Assembly (NCBI GenBank): GCA_965277715.1
Contig: OZ255836.1
Location: 4,000,001-4,064,000, forward strand
DNA from: Gammaproteobacteria bacterium
GTDB taxonomy: Bacteria; Pseudomonadota; Gammaproteobacteria; JBCCGL01
Length of the DNA: 64,000 nt
Direction of reading: 5' to 3'
Below the pieces are notes generated by a model. It worked only from the letters and a program-made list of their open reading frames with translations, did not search any database and was not told the DNA's origin. Both the position numbers and the translations under genes were made by a program. Positions 1 to 9,910 of this stretch are shown piece after piece (positions within the stretch are counted from its first letter, which is position 1; each line of letters opens with the position of its first letter).

Positions 1-104
1 AGGAGGGCCTGGCGCCTGGTACACGGTGGGATGATATCCCCGATACCTGGATGTGCCCGGATTGTGCAGCGGGTAAAGACGACTTTGAAATGGTGGAAAT
101 TTAA

Positions 105-569
105 TTGCCCAAAACGCCGCCAGCGCCACTGCCATTTTGGCAGCGCAAGACACTGGCAGAGATGGATGTGCACGAATGGGAGTCGCTCTGCGACGGGTGC
201 GCCCGTTGTTGCATGGTAAAACTGGAAGACGAATCGACACAGGCAGTGCACTACACACGGATAGCCTGCCGTTTGCTGGACACCACAACGTGTCGTTGCA
301 GGGATTACCCAAAGCGCAGTGAAAAAGTGCCGGACTGTATGCAGGTACACGCACAAATGGGCGAGCAGTTTAACTGGTTGCCAGACAGTTGTGCCTACCG
401 ACGCCTGCACGAGGGGCGCGATTTACCTGATTGGCATCCGCTGCTGAGTAAAACCCCTAACGGTGTGCATACCCAGGGTATTTCTATGCGGGGGCGGTGT
501 GTTTCCGAAGACAATGTGCATCCATCACTGTATGCTGAACAATGTATAACATTCGATAGTGTAGACTGA
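105..569 (+). CDS. YcgN / UPF0260 family cysteine-cluster protein
   Basis: WESLCDGCARCC, C-x7-C-x-C-x-DY, WLPDSCAYR and LPDWHPL motifs are typical of YcgN; TTG start. Confidence 0.88.
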   Translation: MPKTPPAPLPFWQRKTLAEMDVHEWESLCDGCARCCMVKLEDESTQAVHYTRIACRLLDTTTCRCRDYPKRSEKVPDCMQVHAQMGEQFNWLPDSCAYRRLHEGRDLPDWHPLLSKTPNGVHTQGISMRGRCVSEDNVHPSLYAEQCITFDSVD

Positions 570-683
570 TAACATAGATGGCGCGCTATTTGCTACCGCT
601 AAAGTAAAGCGGTAGATTATCAACATATGTCAGTGTTCTGACGAGCTAAGCAAAAACAATCTGCATCTTAAGGTGGGAAAATA

Positions 684-1154
684 ATGGGTCAAGTGGTCGA
701 ACTGTCGCAAGAAAATGAGCGGCGCCAGCGAGTAGCACACACCATAGAAGAGTTGCTTGCGGAACGCCAGCAGGTGTTCGTCAATTTTTGTGGTTTGGCG
801 GGCGTGAGTTCTTTCGATAAACGACGGGATGAGGAACACCAGGTAAAACCTGGCGAGCTACAGTCTTTCTGCCAGATACTGGTGGATTATATTGCTCTGG
901 GCCACTTTGAAATCTACCAGCGTATTATCGAAGGCAAAGAAAGGCGCTCGGTTGTCAGGAAAGTCGCCGAAGACGTCTACCCCGCGATTGTGGAAACCAC
1001 CGATCACCTTGTCGATTTCAACGATAAGTACGATGGCTTTGACGACGAGGATGCCGATCAACTGGTTAACGATCTGTCGCGTATAGGGGAGGTACTCGCG
1101 GTGCGCGGTGAGCTGGAAGACCGCTTACTGACAGCCATGCGCCCGATTGTTTGA
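684..1154 (+). CDS. rsd: Rsd/AlgQ family anti-sigma-70 regulator
   Basis: FCQILVDYIALGHFEIY, FNDKYD and RGELEDRL motifs. Confidence 0.88.
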   Translation: MGQVVELSQENERRQRVAHTIEELLAERQQVFVNFCGLAGVSSFDKRRDEEHQVKPGELQSFCQILVDYIALGHFEIYQRIIEGKERRSVVRKVAEDVYPAIVETTDHLVDFNDKYDGFDDEDADQLVNDLSRIGEVLAVRGELEDRLLTAMRPIV

Positions 1155-1161
1155 TGATCAG

Positions 1162-1270
1162 GAGCCTGTCGGATTCAGGACAGCCCTACTGCGCAAAAGC
1201 CGGTTCGGCCCTTTTTTACGCCCCCTTTTTTGCATCACCCCGTCAAATAGAACCACTGTGTTCCTCTAAA
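1162..1270. repeat. Possible truncated MITE-like element
   Basis: Starts GAGCCTGTCGGA and contains CTACTGCG, as the CCTAAA MITE does; similar starts near 5692 and 24968; no second end seen. Confidence 0.3.
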
Positions 1271-1334
1271 ATAGCATTATAAAGAAGATGGCTAATCTGT
1301 TTTTTAGACTAAACTCCTTAGTACGTAAATAAAC

Positions 1335-1361
1335 TAATGTTAACGAATGGTTTGCCGATAA
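1335..1361 (+). promoter_or_regulatory. Sigma-28 (FliA)-type promoter
   Basis: TAATGTTA-N11-GCCGATAA versus consensus TAAAGTTT-N11-GCCGATAA, upstream of the GGDEF/EAL gene. Confidence 0.6.
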
Positions 1362-1473
1362 AACTGAATACACGTGTTTTTAGTGTTTACCTTTATTGCC
1401 AGTTAACCTGTCGGAAAACAGTGTTAATACGCACTACTGAAGCGGTGTACCTTATCGCATTCACTGTTGGATA

Positions 1474-3462
1474 TTGATGGCTAATCTATCTCATAATACG
1501 GTTCCGTTAGACTTGACTGATCGCGCATTGGCGATGGGTGCCCGTCCAATCGATACTCTACCCCACAATAAAGATGGTATAGACAAGCAGCTACTGGCGT
1601 TGGATGCGCTCGCAAAACTGAGTAAAGTCCATCGCCGGGATAGCCGCTATGGCCGCACCGATGAAGTATTGCGCACCATTCGACAATGCCTTTCACCTCT
1701 ACTGACGATTGAGTGTTGTGGTTTGTTCACCCTGGAAGGTGATGATGCATTTACCTTGGCGGCACAATGGCCAGTGCACTCCGATGAGCTGCAAAAAGCC
1801 AACGAATTACAAGAGGAAGTGGATGAATTGATCCTGAGAGGTGATTTCACCTGGTCGGTCAATCGCAGCCAGCCAAAAGTCATCGTATCCTCTCTCAGTG
1901 GCCGCACACTGATGTTGAGCCTGCTGACAACGCGCAAGCAAGTACAGGGTTTGTTTGTAGCCGCAGTAAAGAACGCCTTGTCGATGACTGAGCTTATTGG
2001 CAAAACGATTATTGTGGTAATGAATAATTGCGCTTACGCCATAGAAAATGCCGCACTGTATTCGATTGTCAGCGGCCAGCGGGATAACCTTAAGCTGCTG
2101 GTGAAACACCGCACCAGAGAGTTAAAGTTTACGTCCAAACACGATTTGCTGACGGGGCTGCGCAACCGCAGTGAACTCCTGTGCCGACTTGAGGAAAAAA
2201 TTCTCTCCGCCCCTACCAATACCTTTGCCTTTATGCACCTCGATATCGATGGTCTGGCACGGGTTAATGTGGCGTATAGCTATAAAGTCGGTGACCGCTT
2301 GCTGGTCGAGGTCGCTTCCCGCTTGCGCCGTTTTTTCAAACAAGTGTGTGATCGACAAACGGTTGATGTGCTGTGGTCGGATATCACGGTAGCACGGTTG
2401 GGTGCCGATGAGTTCGGTGTGCTGTTTCCCTTGCTTGAATCAATGGATGCCGATCAGCTTGAGCCGTTGACCACCGATTTACTCAATGCGTTAAACCGCC
2501 ATTATCGGGTGGATGATGAGCAGATTCGCATTAGCTTTCGTATCGGTGCCTGCTTGTTTCCACAGCATGGAGACGACCCCAAAGCCCTGATGATGCGCTC
2601 TGAAGTGGCATTGCACCAGGCCAAACGGTCGGGGATGCGCTACCAGTTGTACAATGTAGGCTTACAGGATCTGCGCGGTTCCAAAAGCCTCTCACTCGAA
2701 GGTGAGCTGGCGCAGGCGATTGATAAAGAAGAGTTATTTGTTTGCTATCAACCCAAGGTTGACCTGCTCTCTGGAGACGTTGTCGGTGCTGAGGCTTTGC
2801 TGCGTTGGCAACACCCCAAACGTGGACTGATTTCACCGGATGAATTTATTCCGGTGGCGGAAAACAGTGGCTTGATTCAACCCATTGGCGAATGGGTGTT
2901 TAACCACGTCTGCCAACAACTGCGTAGCTGGCAACAACAGGGGCATGCAATAAAAAAGTACTCGGTTAATTTGTCTCAAATGCAAATGCAGCAAAATAAC
3001 CTGGTCAATGTGTTTGCCGATACGCTGGATTGCCAATCGGTGCCTGCCAACTGGCTTGAGTTTGAGGTCACTGAAACCTCGTTAACCCACGATATAGATG
3101 CCGCAACCCGTGTGTTGGGTGAATTGCACGATTTGGGTTTTGCCGTGTCGATGGACGATTTTGGCACGGGCCATTCATCACTCACGCTGCTAAAAAAATT
3201 CCCACTGGATACGATTAAAATTGACCAGTCATTTGTACGCGATTTAACCAGTGATCCAGACGATGCCGCCATTGTGAATGCGGTCGTTACCATGGCAAAT
3301 AATTTGCGTTTACGGGTGGTGGCAGAAGGTGTCGAAACACGCGATCAACTGCATTTTCTGCGCGCAATGGGGTGCCATGAAGTGCAGGGTTACTACACCG
3401 GGCGGCCAGCGGTTGCCGATGATTTTATTAAACTGTGCAGTGATTGGCGGGGCTTTCGCTAA
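1474..3462 (+). CDS. GAF-like + GGDEF + EAL c-di-GMP signalling protein, probably a phosphodiesterase
   Basis: HDLLTGLRNR, variant GADEF, intact EAL, DDFGTG, IKIDQSF and VAEGVE; ATG at 1477 is an alternative start. Confidence 0.9.
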   Translation: MMANLSHNTVPLDLTDRALAMGARPIDTLPHNKDGIDKQLLALDALAKLSKVHRRDSRYGRTDEVLRTIRQCLSPLLTIECCGLFTLEGDDAFTLAAQWPVHSDELQKANELQEEVDELILRGDFTWSVNRSQPKVIVSSLSGRTLMLSLLTTRKQVQGLFVAAVKNALSMTELIGKTIIVVMNNCAYAIENAALYSIVSGQRDNLKLLVKHRTRELKFTSKHDLLTGLRNRSELLCRLEEKILSAPTNTFAFMHLDIDGLARVNVAYSYKVGDRLLVEVASRLRRFFKQVCDRQTVDVLWSDITVARLGADEFGVLFPLLESMDADQLEPLTTDLLNALNRHYRVDDEQIRISFRIGACLFPQHGDDPKALMMRSEVALHQAKRSGMRYQLYNVGLQDLRGSKSLSLEGELAQAIDKEELFVCYQPKVDLLSGDVVGAEALLRWQHPKRGLISPDEFIPVAENSGLIQPIGEWVFNHVCQQLRSWQQQGHAIKKYSVNLSQMQMQQNNLVNVFADTLDCQSVPANWLEFEVTETSLTHDIDAATRVLGELHDLGFAVSMDDFGTGHSSLTLLKKFPLDTIKIDQSFVRDLTSDPDDAAIVNAVVTMANNLRLRVVAEGVETRDQLHFLRAMGCHEVQGYYTGRPAVADDFIKLCSDWRGFR

Positions 3463-3550
3463 AAGGCGCAGTTGAACCTCCAGGCTTGAATGGTAAGATA
3501 CACACCGTTCAATTCCGCACCCAGCGGAATACAATACGCTGGAATTCTGC

Positions 3551-4366
3551 ATGCTTCAACACCCCCAAATTGACCCTGTTGCCATCAGTATCGGGCCGCT
3601 GAACATACACTGGTATGGCCTTATGTACCTGATGGCATTTGCCGCGTGCTGGTATGCAATGCATTACCGTGCAAAAAAACCAGGTTCTGGATGGACAGCG
3701 GAAATGGTCTCAGATTTACTGTTCTACGTAGCCTTGGGCGTGGTATTGGGTGGGCGCGTGGGTTACGTTGTATTTTACAATTTTCCGGAGTTTGCCGATA
3801 ACCCACTGGTTTTATTTAAAGTGTGGCAGGGAGGAATGTCGTTTCACGGTGGCTTATTGGGTGTGATCGTCAGCATGATTTTGTTTGGGCGCAAGACCGG
3901 CAAAGGGTTTTTTGTCATAGCCGATGCGATTGCCCCTGTGGTGCCGCTGGGCCTGGGGTGTGGTCGCTTTGGCAATTTCATCAATGGCGAGTTGTGGGGG
4001 CGGGTGACGGATGTGCCGTGGGGAATGGTATTTGCCGGTGCCGGTTCAGCACCGAGGCACCCTTCGCAACTCTATCAATTTATGCTTGAGGGTGTGGCGC
4101 TATTCTTGATTTTATGGGTCTTCTCCAGCCGTCCAAAGCCTGTTATGTCAGTCTGTGGTTTGTTTTTAGCCCTGTACGGTATTTTTCGTTTTACCGTCGA
4201 ATTTGTACGCCAACCCGATGAACACCTTGGTTTTATCGCATTTGGCTGGTTAACCATGGGGCAATTATTGACAGTGCCAATGGTACTACTCGGTGCCTTT
4301 CTGGTTTTTATCGCCTATCGTCAGGCAGGTCAGCGAGCCAATAATCAGAGCCGGGCAGGCGTATGA
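3551..4366 (+). CDS. lgt: Prolipoprotein diacylglyceryl transferase
   Basis: [35 protein letters not shown]. Confidence 0.97.
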   Translation: MLQHPQIDPVAISIGPLNIHWYGLMYLMAFAACWYAMHYRAKKPGSGWTAEMVSDLLFYVALGVVLGGRVGYVVFYNFPEFADNPLVLFKVWQGGMSFHGGLLGVIVSMILFGRKTGKGFFVIADAIAPVVPLGLGCGRFGNFINGELWGRVTDVPWGMVFAGAGSAPRHPSQLYQFMLEGVALFLILWVFSSRPKPVMSVCGLFLALYGIFRFTVEFVRQPDEHLGFIAFGWLTMGQLLTVPMVLLGAFLVFIAYRQAGQRANNQSRAGV

Positions 4367-5157
4367 AACAATACCTGGATCTGATGCGCCATGTGCGCGA
4401 CCAGGGAGTGGATAAGCCCGACCGTACCGGCACTGGCATTCGCTCGGTATTTGGCTACCAGATGCGCTTTGATCTGGCGGCGGGCTTTCCGCTGGTTACC
4501 ACTAAAAAACTGCATGTAAAATCGATCATCCACGAGTTGCTATGGTTTCTTCAGGGCAGCACGAATGTGGCTTATTTGCGCGACAACGGCGTTTCCATCT
4601 GGAACGATTGGGCGGATGAACAAGGCGAGCTGGGGCCGGTTTATGGTGCGCAGTGGCGATCCTGGTCCACGCCGGATGGCCAACACATCGACCAGATCAA
4701 ACAGATACTCAAACAATTGACCCATGATCCACATTCCAGGCGTATTATCGTTAGCGCCTGGAATGTGGCTGAAATTGACACGATGGCATTGCCGCCGTGC
4801 CACGCTTTTTTTCAGTTCTATGTGGCCGAGGGGAGGTTATCCTGCCAACTGTATCAACGCAGTGCCGATATTTTTCTGGGTGTACCTTTTAATATTGCCT
4901 CTTACGCACTATTGACGATGATGATTGCCCAGGTTTGTCGCCTGCGTCCTGGTGAGTTTATTCACACCCTGGGGGATGCGCATTTGTATAACAACCATTT
5001 ACAGCAGGTTGAGCAGCAGCTTGAGCGCGCACCTCATCAATTGCCTCAGATGCAACTCAATACACAGATCGACGATTTGTTTGCATTTCATTACGACGAT
5101 TTCACATTGGTCGATTACCAGTCACACCCGCATATTGCCGCCCCGGTGGCGGTGTAG
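4363..5157 (+). CDS. thyA: Thymidylate synthase
   Basis: [35 protein letters not shown]. Confidence 0.98.
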   Translation: MKQYLDLMRHVRDQGVDKPDRTGTGIRSVFGYQMRFDLAAGFPLVTTKKLHVKSIIHELLWFLQGSTNVAYLRDNGVSIWNDWADEQGELGPVYGAQWRSWSTPDGQHIDQIKQILKQLTHDPHSRRIIVSAWNVAEIDTMALPPCHAFFQFYVAEGRLSCQLYQRSADIFLGVPFNIASYALLTMMIAQVCRLRPGEFIHTLGDAHLYNNHLQQVEQQLERAPHQLPQMQLNTQIDDLFAFHYDDFTLVDYQSHPHIAAPVAV

Positions 5158-5181
5158 CGATCGACCTAAACGGTTTTTAAA

Positions 5182-5691
5182 ATGAAAGTTGCGATGGTAA
5201 TGGCGGTGGATCGCAATCGATTGATTGGCCGACACGGCGGTTTGCCCTGGTGTATTTCTGCTGACCTCAAGTACTTTAAAAAAGTCACCATGAATAAGCC
5301 GATTATTATGGGGCGTAAAACCTGGGATTCGATTGGCCGACCACTGCCTGGTCGAACTAATATTGTGGTGACCCGCAATACAGACTGGCAGGCACAGGGC
5401 TGCCTGGTGGCGTCTGATTTGGATGGCGCATTGGCCATCGCCTCGGCACACCTTGGCACAGCAGGCGAGTGTGCCATTATCGGCGGCGCCATGTTGTGTG
5501 AGCAGGCGATGCCGAAAACCGACCGTTTGTACCTGACCACAATTGACCATGTGTTTACAGGTGATACCTGGCTGAACAGCTACCATGCCGAAGATTGGCA
5601 GTTGATGGAACGTACTGAAATGGCCGTGGGGGAGGGCAGTGATTATGCGTTATCGTTTGATGTGCTGGAGCGTATAGGCCGCAAAACCTAA
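5182..5691 (+). CDS. folA: Dihydrofolate reductase
   Basis: LPW..SADLKYFK, IMGRKTWDSIGRPLPGRTNIV, IIGG; follows thyA. Confidence 0.95.
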   Translation: MKVAMVMAVDRNRLIGRHGGLPWCISADLKYFKKVTMNKPIIMGRKTWDSIGRPLPGRTNIVVTRNTDWQAQGCLVASDLDGALAIASAHLGTAGECAIIGGAMLCEQAMPKTDRLYLTTIDHVFTGDTWLNSYHAEDWQLMERTEMAVGEGSDYALSFDVLERIGRKT

Positions 5692-5908
5692 GATCCTGTC
5701 GGATCTCTCACAACGGAATCCTTGCCATTCACTGGTCGTTGTCGTCTAATCAGTTTGAAATTGGAGAGACGATGGCTTTCCTATAGGGGAGCCTGCACTT
5801 CGTTGGTTCATGCCCGTGCCGGGCGCACAAATCAAATTTTTGCTGCGCGCCAGTTTGCCAGGTATGGGGGTTGTTTGTAATTAAAATACTACATATGAGG
5901 AATAAATT

Positions 5909-6139
5909 ATGTCAGACCAGTGGTTGACAGGCCTAACAACAGATAACGCCCAGCAAGGCTATGAGCTGGCAATAAAACTATCCAGAATGGGGGTGAAATA
6001 CACCCAGCCGTCAGATGAAATCAGAGAAAGGTTACGGCCCGTTTATGGCGAAAATGCTGATAGCCTGATAGCGTCTTCACAGGTGATTGCCATCAATTTT
6101 CAAACGGTAGCAGCAGCAAATAATTATTGGTCGGATTAA
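5909..6139 (+). CDS. Hexameric tyrosine-coordinated heme protein (HTHP)
   Basis: 76 aa; G(Y/F)xLAxKLSR, TQP, LRxVY and FQTxAAANxYW match the remembered Ruegeria/Silicibacter HTHP sequence; GAGGA RBS. Confidence 0.85.
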   Translation: MSDQWLTGLTTDNAQQGYELAIKLSRMGVKYTQPSDEIRERLRPVYGENADSLIASSQVIAINFQTVAAANNYWSD

Positions 6140-6292
6140 ACCCACAGCAAAACCCGCCAGCAGGGGGCAGCAAAGCGCTACTCCTGTGCCAGGTCGTCAA
6201 TCATGCAGATGCCGCTATGCACAATGATTTAACTTTGACTTGATACCACCAAATTTGTCACTATCCACGCTTTTCGTGAACAGGGCAATGAC

Positions 6293-7084
6293 ATGCCGGT
6301 AGTCAATATCGACGTCGACGCGGCGGTGGCGCGTATCACGCTCAATCGCCCCGATTCGCTGAATGCATTGAATACCGAACTGGCCCATGCGCTATACCAA
6401 TGCCTGGTGGGTATTGCCGACCGCGATGATATCCGCTGTGTCGTACTGAGCGGCACAGGTGGGCATTTTATGGCCGGTGGCGATATTGCGTATTTTGACC
6501 AGTTGCTCAAAGCGGGTGGTGATGTTGCCGCCCAGGCTGGCGTATTGCTAGACGATGTACACGGCATTATTAAAACCCTGCGCGCTATGCCACAACCGGT
6601 GGTGGCAGCCGTGCAGGGCGCCTGCGCAGGCTTTGGTGTCAGCTTGATGTGTGCCTGTGATCTGGCGATAGCCGACGAGGGCAGTGTGTTTACCCTGGCC
6701 TACTGCCACTTAGGCGTGAACCCGGACGGTGGCAGCACCTGGTCGTTGCCGCGCATGGTCGGCATGAAGCGCGCCTCCGAATTGCTGTTGCTGGGTGATC
6801 GATTCGACGCCAGCGCCGCGCAGCAGATGGGCCTGATCAATCGCACTGTATCCGCTGAACTATTTGCCCGGGAAGTCGACAAACTCGCCGCCCGGCTGGC
6901 AGCGGGGCCAGCCAGGGCCAATGCCCGGGGTAAACAACTGTTACAGCAATCGCTTCAGACCTCACTCGAAGAACAGCTCAGCGCCGAGCAGGCCAACTTT
7001 CTCCTGTGCACCGCCGAACCGGCGTTTGCCGAGGGCGTTCAGGCGTTTATGGAAAAACGCAAACCCGATTTTCGCGGCAAATAG
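6293..7084 (+). CDS. Enoyl-CoA hydratase/isomerase (PaaG-like)
   Basis: TLNRPDSLNALN, FMAGGDI, GACAGFG, PDGG, EKRKPDF. Confidence 0.9.
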   Translation: MPVVNIDVDAAVARITLNRPDSLNALNTELAHALYQCLVGIADRDDIRCVVLSGTGGHFMAGGDIAYFDQLLKAGGDVAAQAGVLLDDVHGIIKTLRAMPQPVVAAVQGACAGFGVSLMCACDLAIADEGSVFTLAYCHLGVNPDGGSTWSLPRMVGMKRASELLLLGDRFDASAAQQMGLINRTVSAELFAREVDKLAARLAAGPARANARGKQLLQQSLQTSLEEQLSAEQANFLLCTAEPAFAEGVQAFMEKRKPDFRGK

Positions 7085-7093
7085 GGGTAAACC

Positions 7094-7381
7094 ATGACCA
7101 ATCGGCCCAGCGCATCACCCTCGATACAGGTAGAAAACGAACGGGTTATCGTCACCGAGTGGGATTTTGCGCCGGGTGCCGAAACCGACTGGCACCGACA
7201 CCAGCACGATTATGTGGTAGTACCTCAGCTCGATGGGCAATTGCTGATAGAAGACACGCAGGGCGAGCGGGTAGCCGATCTCACCTCGGGTGTTTCCTAT
7301 TATCGACCGGCGGGTGTGGAACACAATGTGATAAATAATAACGATTACGACTACCGCTTTGTAGAGATAGAGCTTAAGTGA
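7094..7381 (+). CDS. Small cupin protein (BauB-like)
   Basis: WHRHQHDYVVVP and GVEHNVIN..FVEIELK cupin motifs. Confidence 0.8.
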   Translation: MTNRPSASPSIQVENERVIVTEWDFAPGAETDWHRHQHDYVVVPQLDGQLLIEDTQGERVADLTSGVSYYRPAGVEHNVINNNDYDYRFVEIELK

Positions 7382-7418
7382 ATATCTTAAGTGGACACAC
7401 GCTTCTGGAGCGACTGCA

Positions 7419-8411
7419 ATGACCCAACTAAAAGGCATATTCGCCGCGATGTGTACCCCTTTCGATGACAGCGGTGAACATATCGACGAAGGTCGCTATC
7501 TCGAACATATCGACGACATGATCGAGGCGGGCCTGCACGGGCTGGTGCTGTGCTCCGGCACGGGTGAATACGCCTACCTGCGCGATGAAGAGAAACGCCG
7601 CTTGATCGAGCTGGGCGCGAAACACGTCAATGGGCGCGTCCCCACTGTCGCCCAGACTACGGCGCTGAGTACGGCCGATTGCGTGGAAAAATCGCGCCGC
7701 GCCGAAGACGCCGGGGCTTCCGCCGTGATGGTCTTGCCGCCCTTTTTAGAGGCACCCGGCGAGGCTGGCATCATTTATCACTACGAGGCGATCGCCAGGG
7801 CAGTGCGTATTCCAGTGGTGATGTATAACGTGCCAGAGCAATCCTGCGTGACCATCACCCCGGCGCTCTACCGCAAACTCATCGCCATCGAAAACCTCGA
7901 CTACATCAAAGACAGTTCGGCGGATTTTATCGCCGTGCAGAAACTGATCGCGGTCGGCGGCAGCGTGCTGTGTGGCATCGACGCGCTGGCGCCGTACTCG
8001 CTGATGGCCGGTTGCGTGGGCATGATCTGGGGCGCGGCAAACTTTATGCCACACGAATGCGCCAAACTCTACGATCTGATCGAGGCGAAACAGTATGCCG
8101 AAGCGCTGGAATTGTGGGCGACCATGAGCGCCATTTCACTGTGGTTTGGGGGCAACGATTTCGATGTCGACTATCTGACGGGCGTCAAGGCCGCGACACG
8201 TTTGTCGGGGCGTGACATGGGGCCTTGCCGCAAGCCGTTACCACCCGTGCCAGGGCCTGCCCGGCAGGCGATACGCATGGGTATGGCGGGGCTACCCTGC
8301 AACTCGCCCGGCAACGACCGGCTGGTGTGGCGCGATTGGCAGGAGGCGCGTGATTGGCTGGTGCAGTCCTATCTCAGACGACAGCACCCAAATAGCGGAG
8401 AAGGGCAATGA
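7419..8411 (+). CDS. Dihydrodipicolinate synthase / N-acetylneuraminate lyase family aldolase
   Basis: AMCTPF, SGTGE, MYNVP, Schiff-base Lys in YIKDSS; extended C-terminus. Confidence 0.85.
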   Translation: MTQLKGIFAAMCTPFDDSGEHIDEGRYLEHIDDMIEAGLHGLVLCSGTGEYAYLRDEEKRRLIELGAKHVNGRVPTVAQTTALSTADCVEKSRRAEDAGASAVMVLPPFLEAPGEAGIIYHYEAIARAVRIPVVMYNVPEQSCVTITPALYRKLIAIENLDYIKDSSADFIAVQKLIAVGGSVLCGIDALAPYSLMAGCVGMIWGAANFMPHECAKLYDLIEAKQYAEALELWATMSAISLWFGGNDFDVDYLTGVKAATRLSGRDMGPCRKPLPPVPGPARQAIRMGMAGLPCNSPGNDRLVWRDWQEARDWLVQSYLRRQHPNSGEGQ

Positions 8412-9892
8412 CTAACAACAAAGTGGCCACACCACCGGTGGCATTTTCCACTCACTGTATTATCGGTGGGCGCGGCGCGCCCGCTCAGAGTGGTGAAACC
8501 TTCACTACACTGAACCCCGCCAATGGCGAGGTGCTCGCCGAGGTTGCTAAAGGCGACGAGGCCGATGTCGACCTGGCCGTGCGTGCTGCCCGCCGTGCTT
8601 TTGATGAGGGGCCGTGGCCGAGGCTATCGCCCGCCGAACGCAAAGCGGCGATGCTGCGCTTTGCCACGGTAGTCGAAGCCAACCTCGACGAATTGGCAAT
8701 GATGGAAGCGCTGGAGGCCGGTAAGCCAATCAGCGACTGCATGGCCATCGACTTGCCCGATACTATCAACACCCTGCGTTGGCACGCCGAGGCTGCCGAC
8801 AAGCTCTATGATCAGTTATCGCCGTCTGGCCCCTCAGTGGTGTCGATGATTGTGCGCGAGCCGGTTGGTGTGGTCGGTGCCATCCTGCCCTGGAATTTCC
8901 CGCTGATGATGGCGGCCTGGAAACTGGGGCCGATACTGGCGACGGGCAATACCGTTGTGCTAAAGCCCGCCGAGCAAACCTCACTGGCGACTATTCGACT
9001 GGCAGAGCTGGCGGTGGAAGCGGGCATTCCCGACGGTGTTATCAACGTGGTGCCCGGTTTTGGTGAAAGCGCTGGCCGGGCTATCGGCCTGCACCCCGGT
9101 GTGGATTGTGTTGCCTTTACCGGCTCGACCGACACCGGCCGCCTGTTTTTACGCTACGCTGCCGACTCCAACCTGAAACGCGTGCTGCTCGAATGCGGCG
9201 GTAAAAACCCGATGATCGTGATGGCCGATGCCGAGGATCTGGACACCGTTGCGGCGCATGCGACGAATGCCATTTTCTGGAATATGGGCGAGAACTGTTC
9301 GTCTAACTCGCGCTTATTGGTGCACGAATCCCGCAAAAACGCATTGCTGGAGCGGATTCTGGCGCGCAGCCATGACTGGGTAGTGGGCGACCCGATGGAC
9401 AGCGCGACCCGGGTGGGGCCGCTGATCGAACAGGCGCATTTCGACAAGGTGATGGCGCATATCGAAACCGCCCAGGCTGAGGGCGCCAGGCTACTGCGCG
9501 GTGGCAGACAAGTGCTGGGCGATAGCGGCGGCTACTATATCGAACCGACTGTTTTTGACCAGGTAAACCCCCACATGCGGCTGGCCTGCGAAGAGGTATT
9601 TGGGCCGGTGCTGGCCGTCTCCACCTTCAGCACGCCGGAGCAGGCGATTGCGATGGCCAATGATACCGACTATGGTTTGGCCGCCTCGGTGTTTACCGCC
9701 AATAACAAGACGGCGCACAATGCTGCACGTGCCATCCGCGCCGGTACAGTGGCGGTCAACTGCTATGGCGAGGGCGATATATCGACCCCGTTTGGCGGTT
9801 ACAAACAGTCGGGTTTTGGTGGGCGCGATAAGTCCCTGGCGGCGCACGATCAGTATTGTGAGTTAAAGACGATCTGGATGGACTTGTCCTGA
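8408..9892 (+). CDS. Aldehyde dehydrogenase (PuuC-like)
   Basis: PWNFPL, KPAEQT, FTGST, LECGGKNP, catalytic Cys in GENC, EEVFGP. Confidence 0.92.
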   Translation: MTNNKVATPPVAFSTHCIIGGRGAPAQSGETFTTLNPANGEVLAEVAKGDEADVDLAVRAARRAFDEGPWPRLSPAERKAAMLRFATVVEANLDELAMMEALEAGKPISDCMAIDLPDTINTLRWHAEAADKLYDQLSPSGPSVVSMIVREPVGVVGAILPWNFPLMMAAWKLGPILATGNTVVLKPAEQTSLATIRLAELAVEAGIPDGVINVVPGFGESAGRAIGLHPGVDCVAFTGSTDTGRLFLRYAADSNLKRVLLECGGKNPMIVMADAEDLDTVAAHATNAIFWNMGENCSSNSRLLVHESRKNALLERILARSHDWVVGDPMDSATRVGPLIEQAHFDKVMAHIETAQAEGARLLRGGRQVLGDSGGYYIEPTVFDQVNPHMRLACEEVFGPVLAVSTFSTPEQAIAMANDTDYGLAASVFTANNKTAHNAARAIRAGTVAVNCYGEGDISTPFGGYKQSGFGGRDKSLAAHDQYCELKTIWMDLS

Positions 9893-9910
9893 TAGTAGGC
9901 AAATGCCGCT

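Noticed and set aside
7419-8411. Housekeeping dapA
   Set aside because: Lacks the GTTGE motif, has an extended C-terminus and sits in a catabolic operon
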